This document shows positions 40,594 to 52,007 of a stretch of 64,000 bases of DNA, one piece after another; within the stretch, counting starts at the first letter, position 1; every line of letters begins with the position of its first letter. Below the pieces are notes generated by a model that saw nothing but the letters and a program-made list of their open reading frames with translations, did not search any database and had not been told where the DNA came from. The stretch is from positions 14,756,001 to 14,820,000 of the forward strand of contig CM022667.1 of NCBI GenBank assembly GCA_012295275.1, written 5' to 3'. Position numbers and translations under genes: made by a program. This DNA is from Chrysomallon squamiferum (lineage: Eukaryota; Animalia; Mollusca).

Positions 40594-40601
40594 CACACAC
40601 A

Positions 40602-40654
<53 letters not shown>

Positions 40655-41025
40655 TTAAGAAAACTATTTATCAATATACGCATGTTATCTCATTATATTT
40701 TTAGTTTTTTTTTCACTTTAATCCATTCACATGATTCAATGGTTTCTGTTTAACTGACAGTGTTTTTATTAATTTTATCTTTATTACACGACCAGAAAGC
40801 ATATCCATCACAGTTTTAGTGTCTCACAAAGTGTATTACTAACACTATTCACACGTATATATAGCGAAATTAATATTTGTCTCAGCTTTCGAAAATATTG
40901 AAAACATTTGGAACTCAAGCACAGGTATCCAAAATTTTTCATTTTCATAAACCAAGAAGGTTAGATACTTATTAATTTTCTATTTCCATTTTTCTCTTGT
41001 TTCTTTTTCATATTAGTCGAACTGT

Positions 41026-41086
<61 letters not shown>

Positions 41087-41235
41087 ACACACACACATTT
41101 TACAGTGAATATGTATAATGCGTTTGTGTGTGTGTGTGTTATAATTACACGAAATTTAGTATTTTATTTCATACAAATTCACCTTCTATTATATCTTTAC
41201 AGTAAGTGAATTATCTCACCCTCTCGATAATGTTT

Positions 41236-41405
41236 ACTAAATATAGGTACCACTTTGAACAGACAGTATTTTAATAGTGAGTATTCAATCGTCACGACAG
41301 TCAAGAAATAAAAAGCAGAGTACAGGGGAATAGTTTGTTAATACTAATGAATATTATTACTAAGCTTGTGATAACAGAAATACAAGTAAAACTGGTTAGG
41401 TAAGT
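41236..41405 (+). promoter_or_regulatory. Candidate core promoter and non-coding exon 1 of macin copy 10
   Basis: TAAATATA (41238) then ACAGTATTT (41263), paralleling ATAAATA..ACAGTATTT upstream of copy 2. Donors GTGAGT (41277) and AG|GTAAGT (41400); acceptor at 43570. Confidence 0.4.
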
Positions 41406-43170
41406 GTATTTTAAGCTTGTGTTCTGATTAGAAACTGAGTAACATTTGCTGAATTGTCAAGCAAGATTAATGGTGATTTTGTGTTATCGTTAAAATAATA
41501 TATAAAAAAATAGTACAACAAAGTAAATAGCATTGTGAAGTGCACATTACAGCAACAAAAATAACAATAAAATTAAAATTAAACTAAAAATTAAAACGAC
41601 TACTTTAACTCGATTTTGCTCCACAAAGTCACAAACATTGAAAAGAAATCCAAACAGAATTGGATTCAGTCTGAAAATTTCGTATAAGTAAATATGTTTC
41701 TCAGAGCAGTCAACATCTTTTGGTTTTTCATTCGCAGTTGTTACATACAAGTTATCTGAATGCGTGAAATAATTATGGAAAGAGATATTCTAAATTCTGA
41801 TAACAAATAATCTTAAAATCGTTTACCTAACTTTTAATAATTAAAACGATTGTTTGTTCTTGACTATTACTTCAAAACAGAATTTACATATTTCACCTTA
41901 AGAAGTGGATGGGATGATATGATAAGAAACAAAATAATTTCAGGGAATATATATATATATATATATTTATATATTGTGGAGTCCCCTCACTATGCCCGCA
42001 CCTACTGTTATATATTACTGAACCAATCAAAGATAGGAAATGATAAAACAATAGAGAATTACAGTATAGTTTATTTCCCAAACGAGCAACAAAATGGCTG
42101 CTGGCACAGTGAGGTTAAACCAACATTATACTTGAAATACTTAGGGATTGTACATAATCATTGATAATGCATATTTTCTGTAATATAATGTACAGACATA
42201 CATATACAGACAAACACCGACATACCGATATATCATTATTATTTGTTTTTCAAAGATCACAGGAGTATGTATTGTACGTTATGACATCTTGTTTTGAAAA
42301 TATGCTAAAATAATAACGAAGTAGAAACGAGAATGAGGAATACTGTCACAACAGCAGAGATGGCTTTTGTCACAAGCGTAAAAATATCTGTGTGTGTGTA
42401 TAAATACATAGCACTCAGAAATGCATTGTTAAATTATTATTATGTAACCTCTTTTCGTTTGAGAAAGGTTTTGCTACGAAAAGTTCTGGAGATCGGTTGA
42501 GTGCCTGTAGTGAATCTCAAATTTCCTTTAGAATCGATTATTCGAAAACGTTCTAGTCGAACTGAATTTCCAATCTTGAAGAACTACCAAGAGTCTCAGA
42601 TGCAGGTCATAGAAGAACATTCAGTTCAGTAAAGCTAATTTGAAACGTGATAGAGATATTATTTAGAGTTCGTACGCTGAATAACATAATTATCCAACGT
42701 TCGAATTTAAAGAACGAACAAAAGGTTAGCCAACTAAAAACTTCCTGTGATAACAGTGACATTTGTTAATAGGTTTCTTTCCCTTCTTTTTTTTTTTTTT
42801 TTTCTTTCTTCTTATTTTGTTTATTGTTTGTTAATGTGGATGATAGGCCAAATAGATGGTCTCTTTTTTTCTTCCAATTTATATACACAGAAATATTCGA
42901 ATTTCCAAAAATCGTATCGAATATTGGAAACTTTGCAGAGCCCTTACCTGTATTAAAAAAAAAAAACTAATTAAATTTTTCCTTTCGATATAACAGGACG
43001 ATGAACGCTCGTAAGAGTCACATGAAATTCTGAAAGTTCTTTTGTTTGTCTATTTATTTATTTATTTATTTATATGTTCATTGATTTATATATATATATT
43101 TACAGATAGATATATATTCATATACATACATACATACATACATACATACATACATACATACATACATACA

Positions 43171-43205
<35 letters not shown>

Positions 43206-43588
43206 TCACATACATACATAAATACATACATACGAAAACATCAGTAGACTCCAAATGTATTTGAAGCATAAATACATTTTATGTTTAGGTTTCAGTTTTA
43301 TTTCCTAAAATTTGAAAATCCGGAACACTTTTGCATAACAGATCATCAGCCTGTAGAATTGAATTAAATGGATTGATAAGTGTCTGTGTGCTGTGTGTAT
43401 GTGTGCGTGTGCGCGAGCGCGCGCGCGTGTTTGTTTGAGTGTGTGTGTGTGTGTGTGTTCTGTGTGTGTGCGTGGATGCGTGCGCGTTTGTGTGTGCATG
43501 CTTATTTCTGCTTGGCTGATATTTGACTCCAGTATTCCTAATCATTTCTTTTTTTTCACACATTTTTCAGTTCTCTTCATTGATAAAG

Positions 43589-43885
43589 ATGGCCTCCTTG
43601 ATCGTCATGTCTTTGTTGCTAGGCGCGGTCATTCTGATGATGTTGCCAGCTATTCCTCAAGCTTTTGATGACTGCTGGCAGAAGTTTAACAAATGTCTCC
43701 GCTTTCGGAAAAAGAAATGGGTGTCATGTACAGAAAAATGTCAATGCGAAGGTTACGCTGGCGGATCCTGTCACATCTCAAAACCCCGATGTAAGGGTTA
43801 TATCTACGCCTACACGTGTCACTGTTTTGGCATGCTCAATGGACCAAAACCTGAAATCTGCGCTCTATTAAAAGAAAAGACATAG
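43589..43885 (+). CDS. Divergent macin copy 10 (type D), intact
   Basis: Acceptor at 43570, ATG at 43589, signal peptide, FDDCWQKFNKCLRFRKKKWVSC...KPEICALLKEKT with 10 Cys. Macin-type 3'UTR with AATAAA at ~43918. Confidence 0.88.
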   Translation: MASLIVMSLLLGAVILMMLPAIPQAFDDCWQKFNKCLRFRKKKWVSCTEKCQCEGYAGGSCHISKPRCKGYIYAYTCHCFGMLNGPKPEICALLKEKT

Positions 43886-44038
43886 TGAATGGTATTCTTT
43901 TGATTTTTGTACATGCAAATAAATCAACTTAATAAATGAAAAGAAAGAATATAAATTTTTGTCTGCGAAAATATTTATCATTCTCTCTGTCAGAGACTGG
44001 TGATTTTATTTATTTATTATTTTATTTATTTTATTTTA

Positions 44039-44116
<78 letters not shown>

Positions 44117-44757
44117 CACGTTTTATTATAAATTTTTAAAACAGAGCAATGGTAAAAGCTATACATTTATAATGTCCAAAATACTTAGTGGTAGCCTGTA
44201 TACCATGTAATTCATTGTATTTCTGTTGTATAAAAATTATACTGTAGTCTATAACCATAAACATCTCCAGCAGGCATGAGCAGTCTCTTTGTGGCAGTTT
44301 ATGACTGGCTAAGTGCCAGTTTATTATACTCATTCATGACAAAAGACGTTTGATGAAGTAAAGCTATTTTATTTTAATATTTAATTAAATATTTCATGAA
44401 GATTATTAAAAAGCATTGCTATAATAAATATACAATAATAGTAATAATAATCTAATCCCAATAACAACAACAACAACAATCTTTAATCAAAACAATCCAA
44501 ATAAATAAATAAAGTTCAATAAATAAATAACATTTCAGTATGTTTCCAGTTAAACTGAGATTCCACTGTAATAAAATTTTATATTTGGATTATTTAAGTA
44601 GATAATAGATGATTGAAAATAGACAGAGAGATATTCTCTGACACGGTTAATTTAATTTTTTTTGAATCAAAATGTTCATTGATAACAATATATCAAAATT
44701 TTATTTTATTTTCATTTTAAAGCCCAAAACCTGCTGTCAATCAAAATTTAAAAACAA

Positions 44758-45015
44758 TCACATGTTTCTAACAACTATTCTAATCAACAACGTGCCCAAA
44801 TACCTCAATCCTTCTATTACTGGACTAGACCCTTCTTCTTGCCATGGTTTCAGCAGCCACGGAAACAATCGGTGAGGACTGAGGACGAAATGATCAAAGT
44901 CGTGGTCAACAAAACCGTAAGTTGACGCTAAAATTCCATCAACAATAAGAGTTCCCGTCTCTGTGATGGCACGTACAAACCTGTCGTAAAATGTTGTTCG
45001 TGTTCGTATCTTCAA
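44758..45015 (-). pseudogene. Hedgehog-type Hint domain C-terminal fragment plus SRR-like tail
   Basis: AITETGTLIVDGILASTYGFVDHDFDHFVLSPHRL resembles the Hog-domain consensus PLT..GT.VVDG.LASCYA...H..AH....P.R, followed by EG...LRYLG.LL. No N-terminal Hint block was found nearby. Confidence 0.65.
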
Positions 45016-45345
45016 ATAGTCTGTGACATGACAGAGATATACTAAAAGAAAAAGTGTACAGCAGAAATACAGTGCCATACAAACCAAAGACGACAGGGTT
45101 CAATACAGTGTTTAAAGAGTCATACGTCTGCAGTAGCCGAGGCAGAAGTTGTCGTAGTAGTAGTAGTAGTAGTAAATTCAGAACAGTTTGCATTGATGGT
45201 GGTGGTGGTGGTGATTGTAGTAGCACCTTCTTTCTCAGGCAAAGATATTTCCACAACGCGCTCTGGAGAAAGACCACGGGAACATGACCGTGAATCTGAT
45301 TTTCATTTTAGTTGACGTAATAAACAAACTAAATAAAATTCCCCG

Positions 45346-45436
<91 letters not shown>

Positions 45437-47436
45437 CTCGAATGCTTTCCTCGTATCTTCGTAACCAGATCAGGTAGCAACATGAATAAAAGTTTGCTTT
45501 AAGCGTGTTCAGTCATAAAGAATCTAAAGCAGCCATGTTTTCCCAAATAAAACACAAACAAATTGAAACAGCAACCATAAAACCTTAAAATTGTGGCTGT
45601 TTTAAGTCAAATTATATTCCTATTGGCCATTTAATAGATCATATATTACGTTAACGTGTTAGGTATAGGATAATAACCAATAGGTGAATGAGAAATAAAT
45701 AACTCTTTATGTGTCTTGTATTTACTGCTGTTCCCATTACTTTAAATACGTATGCATCCAAGATGGCCGCCACCAGAACAGAACAAAATGTATTGGATTA
45801 CTAGATAAGATAAAAACGTAAACTAAAGGTCATTTTATGTTTTCAGGCCAAAAGAATCGAAAGCGGCTGTGATTTTTCCTGATACAATGCAAAAAAAATA
45901 AAGATGGTCACCATATTTAAATAACTGCCCAAAATGCATGTCCTTATGAAGCCTTAACTGTACCGTTATTTCAACTTAAAAGCTTAGCTTCTTAAACCAT
46001 CAGAATTGTATTCTTCTCATTTCTTGTGCTTTCTCAAGCAGTTTAGTTTATATTTATTACAATGTGTTTTGATGTTTCTTGGCATTTCGGTTTCGGTTGC
46101 TTTCCCTTTTCATTGCTCTGTCAAACAAAATGACAAATATAGAAATAAAAAAATAAAAAAATTATTGTTCAAAAACACACATTGCAACACTTTCTTTATG
46201 TGTATGTGTGTGTATATGGGTGTGGTGTTTTATATAGACATGAAATAACTTTATGCCTGTGTATTTGTAGACATTCTTAATTCCAGTACTGAACTCTTGA
46301 CTATGCCTTTCTTAGCATACCAGATCCAATAATTAGATTCTAAATGATTTAGAAGCGAGAGGAAACAAATATAAAATTATTAAAGTATGTCATTTATTTT
46401 TTATTATTATTATTATTTTTTTTTTTTTTTTTAAAACATATAAGCACCTCTTGTCTAAGACAATCATTTAAGGCAGTCAAGATGATCACATTTTCCAAAT
46501 TACCGTTGAACTTTGTGCTGTAATAAATAAATAAAAACTATATAATAAAACGTAATATCCTAACTATATATTTATGTAGTTCATATATATATATATACAT
46601 AAACACAAGCAGACACACTCGTTTACATGCCAGCTATTTTTAAAAGACAAACATGAAGAACGATCGTCAATTTTTTTAAATATAAATGTTTTAAAATAAA
46701 TATAATACATACAAATGTTCGCGCATACACACATCAATTTAGATACGTACTTTATTTTTATTTATTTTTCCCCTTGGATTTTTGCGTCACAAAAATTAAT
46801 TCTGCACGTTTCATAAAAATACCAAACTATTTCAGTAATATTAAACTGTAACATTATGGTGACATTACATATCCATCTATCTATCTTTCTATATGTGAAA
46901 AAGTTATTCGCCTACATATATATATATATAAACATATATTATAAAATAAAATAAGAAATAAAAATATATAAAATAAAATATAAATGATAAAATTACTTCA
47001 ACAGGTTTCGAAAATTTTAAAATATGACATCCGATCAATTATTTTTTTATTTTATACAGATAGCTAGCTATAGAGATACTAACAGTAGTCAACGGGATTA
47101 AAGTGAAATTACTTTTAACTGATACCTTAGCTTACAAACATGATGAAGATATCCATTATATTTAGAGTACGTACGGTGATTAATATGATTATTCAAGATT
47201 TAAGGTTTGAATTTAAATAACCCTCGTGTGCGTTGCGATGAAAAGCTGTCACGTGCTAATCAGATGACCTTTAAATCACGACTGATGCCGATTCAAACAT
47301 GTCCGAAAATTTCCGAGTCTTGGGTTTGTTCTTGTTGTCTGTGTATACACGACTATTATGGTACTTTTCACGATACCAGCGAATTCGAAAATGACGCGTT
47401 TGTAGGAATGTTAAGGAAAAATTATTTTTCAATACG

Positions 47437-47697
47437 TCTTACTTGAATGAATACTTCTCACATACATGTCTATTTCTCTCACATGCTCAAGCAAATACAG
47501 CACACGATGTTCTCACTCTAAAGTACCACATCCACAAACGTCTTTCACACAGATGTGCAACACAAACTCACAACACATGGAGACACACACACACACACAC
47601 ACACACAGATATATCCTTCTTCGTCATAGTTTAGTAGATCAGCTCACTGTAGAAAGTTGTCCAGTAACCCAGCTCTGACAGAAGGAATCATGAGACA
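47437..47697 (-). pseudogene. Degenerate duplicate of the CENP-N exon 5/intron 5 boundary region
   Basis: cttacttgaatgaat..ttctcacat ... ctcac..agaaagttgtcca..cccag.tctgaca.aaggaatcat matches 53373-53725. Confidence 0.75.
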
Positions 47698-47702
47698 ACA
47701 AA

Positions 47703-47860
47703 CAGCACGAATGTCAGTGTTACAGCAGAACACACAGACCATCACCTTTATGCTTTTATGAAGCATTTAAAATTTAATTTTAATTCAAATAAAATAAAAG
47801 AAGCAGTGAATGTTGCTCTGCATAACAAAGTACACGCTAGTAAATCCACTCAAAAGAAAC
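47703..47860 (+). pseudogene. Macin C-terminal remnant with 3'UTR
   Basis: Translates QHECQCYSRTHRPSPLCFYEAFKI* (47703-47777; cf. YQCQCYGRRSGPKPSWC), followed by aataaaagaagcagtgaa...aagtacacgctagtaaatc as in macin 3'UTRs. Confidence 0.7.
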
Positions 47861-49132
47861 AATAGTGTATTAAATTTTGTACAGGTTTATCTGTTTGAAC
47901 AGTGTAGTTAGTGTGCCAGGTATTTCTTTTCTTTCTTCTTATTATTTTTGTTTATACATTTCATTATACATTTTTGATAATAATAATAATAATGTATTTT
48001 ATTTTATTTTATTTTTAAAAAGAAGAAAAAGAAAACAACAAAACAACATAATCACATGATCTTGTTGTATGCAACTGTTTTATGACGTTCGCTCAATGTA
48101 CAATTCTATAATGAAACAAAACAAGATTAAAAAAGACTAAGTCCTCAATAATATGGCCAGGAATTTAGCATGCATTCCTACTTCAAGCAATGCACTATAG
48201 TTTACATTTAGCTGGACGTGTGAATGTGTGAGAGACATCCACATTCCACATGATGTTAGTACACATCAACTCTTGTCACACTATTGAAGAAGATATATAG
48301 TTATAAAGAAAAAAACTTACTTATGTCACTATAGCACATAATTTCTAGTACCTTTAGGCCAGGAAAAGCGCCAGTTTATACTTGGCTCTATATACTCATT
48401 CATGGCAATGGATCTTTGATGAAGTAAAACAATTTAATATTTAATAAAATATTTCATTTATCACACCATTAAAATGACATTGTTTTAACAACAACAACAA
48501 TAATAATATTAATAATAATCATAATAATAATAAATAAATAAATAACACTTCTGTATTATGTCCGTTAAACTTAGATTCCACTGTAAGCAAAATTTAATTT
48601 AGATTATTTCAGCACATAACATGTTAATTGAAAATATCTGACATGGTCAGTGTCAGAAAGTATAGTCCATGCCTTTTAGAATATTAAATGTTAACAAAAC
48701 ATTATTCTGACATTATTCCAGCAATTGCTTTTGAGCTTTTTTTTGTTACTTTTCTTTAAATTTATTATGAATGTTTTTTTGTTTTGTTTTTTCAGTATAA
48801 ATATTTGCTGTTGACTAGGTTTAACAAATGTATCTGGCAGCAGAAAGTAAAGGCAAAATGGAAATGTATGAATAAAACATATTTTACTGTAGGAATACAA
48901 ATTTTCATGCATTTCAATGTAAAATTTACCAAAATCTGCAAAATATATTTTCAGCTTCATAAATTACTAAAGAAAGTCAGATTTTTTCAAAATAAATGTC
49001 ATTTCCTTTCATTATTTCTGCAATGTCTACAAAACTGTGCCTTGGACAATACAAACTCCTTGCAGATAGATACAGATAAGACAGACCACCTCTAAATGTT
49101 ACCCGAATGTTTCACACTGAATGTGTCACAGA

Positions 49133-51923
49133 TCATCTGACTGGAGTTACAGTATCCTTTTCACACAAATTACCAGAATCAGACTTTCTTTTCTCACTGG
49201 CAGGTTTCTCGGATAGAACGATGTAATTTTTAGCAAGTGAGCTAACCTGACACACGTGATTGGGCAACGGCCATTTAGTCAGCCCAGCCTGGACGAGATT
49301 TCGAATTCCTTCCAGGACAGAGGTTCCCTCAAACGTCACTGTGCTTCTGAACGTTTTGGCAGTGGAAACAGGAATTTTGCTACTGCCCCTGAAGTTAACA
49401 TTTACCTGAAAAACAATAAACATTAAAACATTTTTGAAAATACAACAATAATTTGAAAAAGAGTGCCACTGTACATTCTAGCCAGAAAATAATTTTGACA
49501 TCGAAATGAATGCAAAGCTCTGCTGAACTTTAAGCAACAACAAAATAGTTGTTTTCAGACAATATTATTTTTATTTTTATTTTTATTATTTACAACAGAG
49601 GTGACTACCAGAAATCTAGCAAATGCTGGAAAACTATTACCTGTGAATCATGAAAACAAAAATATCTGAAGAAACAAACTTTCTGTGAGAATATTTACTT
49701 TTATAAAATAATTTTTGACAGTATATTGGACAGAGCTTCACTCAAACTATTTAATAATCACTAACAGCTGTAACAGTTCAATACAAAATATGTAAACAGA
49801 CTGTAATTTGTCATAAATGGATATTAATAAATCTAGCAACCCTATAATGGCTACCTTCAAAAAATCTCTTAAAAATTTTTAACATTTTTTTGATCCATGT
49901 AGGTTATTTTATTGTTAGTACTAGTATTCAACACATTAAATGTCAGAGTTCAAATGAATGCTTTAGAATTGTCTGTGTTTCACAAAATGCACATTTTGCA
50001 GTATGTCTACTCCTCCTGTATGAAAACCGTGTCTGTTATGCCTTGGCAAATGAAGAATGTTTCAAGACACAGCAGACTTAAGTAAAGTGTGAAGAAGACT
50101 CAGGTATTGACAACAGGTTTGATGTTAGCTTCAGGTCACTGTCCCTGAAACACAGCAGAACCCACATGGGTGTAACTGTATCAAATAGATAGCAACTGAC
50201 ACTCCCATGATACAGGAAAACAAAAGCCTGATGTCTAAGAAACTAAATCTAGATGGGTCTGAAGAGGAATTGACAAAAACTTCTGGTTACTGCAATGATA
50301 TTCAAAACAAAAAGTTTCAAAATTTCCAGCATTTGCTCATAAATCAGCTTTGTGTTTAGAAAATAGAGTATAATAACAGAGGCAGGTTTCAGAGGGAAAA
50401 CTAAGTAATGTTATAAATCTCTATTTACTCAAACGTTTGCTGATGAAGAAAAACACTATTTCTGAAAGATTTCTTACTGTGCTCTGTTTGCAAAGTTTCT
50501 TAGAATGCAGTGCACTATCACTTCAAGACCTTTTGACCACTGTCAATTGGGTGACATTTCCCTGTTCTCAGACAATTATTAATTTACTTTAATGTTAGAA
50601 AAGTGACAGTTTTCTTGGAACAAAAGAGTAAATGAGTTACTATGGCAAAAATTTGTCTTTTTGAGAGACCCATTATTTTTGCTACTGAATTTATAATAAA
50701 ATGAAAACCATAAGAATTTGACGGTGAACATTAAGGTTCTGAATTTCACATAAACATTTTAGGATGATAAACTGGTGTGAAACCTCAGTTTAGATATTAA
50801 AGATAATTTGTTCCAGGCTTATAACCAGTAAACAATTTTACAAATAACTTTCCCCAAGTGCCTAAATAAAAATATTCACATACCACCCCAAAAAAAGGGG
50901 AAAAAAAAGAAAGAAAAAGATCAAAAAACAAATTTATCTTTTATACCAAAACCTTTTACAACTCGTGCATGAAAAGTATTTCATTATCCAACCAGCAAGT
51001 ATATCTATGACAGTGTAAGATTTTATTTTTAAAAAGTTTGTTACTGACAGCTGTGAGAAACACTGATAAAATAAAACAGTCAAACAAACAAAAAAAATAA
51101 ATAAATAAAATAATAAAAATAAAATAAAATAAAATAAAATAAAATAAAATAAAATAAAAATAGACAAAGTGAAATGACACCATATGCTTTAAAATTTACA
51201 CTGCAGTTGATGACAGTATTGTAGAAAATGTCTGATGTGATGAATATGAATGGTATCTGTGCCTTTGTGTATGGTACTACACTGTATTAACATGTATCAT
51301 AGGTGAATAATGGCAACAATTACCCCAGTCTTCCCTATGTGCACATTCAAGCTATGTATTTTACTTCCTTCACTTGATATCTCATTGTTTCTGAAACTGG
51401 GTGTCATGTAGTTTTGTGAATCTATCTGAGATATTTATTTATCAATTATTATTTAAGATAGCACATGTACACACATAAATATATCTTTGAGCATACATTT
51501 ATTGTTTTTATTTCAGTTATCTGATATGGTACCTCAGCTTTTTTTAAATTCTCTATATTTGTTTCAGCATATTTATCCCCATTTTCTAATGAAATTTACA
51601 TACTTTGTGTCTCTTTTTATTTATTTATTTATTTATTTATTTATTTTAATTTGTCTCTTACTTGGTATCTCAGTTTCTCCAGGATTGGTTGGTCTTTTTT
51701 GCCCAGTATGTCATTCATTTCATCAAGCTTTCTTTTCTTCTGCATCTCCCCTACATTAATAATTCTAGGATCCTTAAATGTGTCCTCAGGAACTGTAACA
51801 GTGTAAGAAAAAGAAAAAAAGCAGGTGTCTGAATGACTTTCAGGCCAAAACATTAGTAAATTAGTAAACCATGTAGATGAATGGTATGATACAGATATTG
51901 AAAGAGTTTGAGAGAGAGAGAGT

Positions 51924-52007
<84 letters not shown>

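Noticed and set aside
45755-45775. CAAGATGGCCGCC YY1-like promoter motif
   Set aside because: A single short motif with no associated exon or gene; insufficient evidence.
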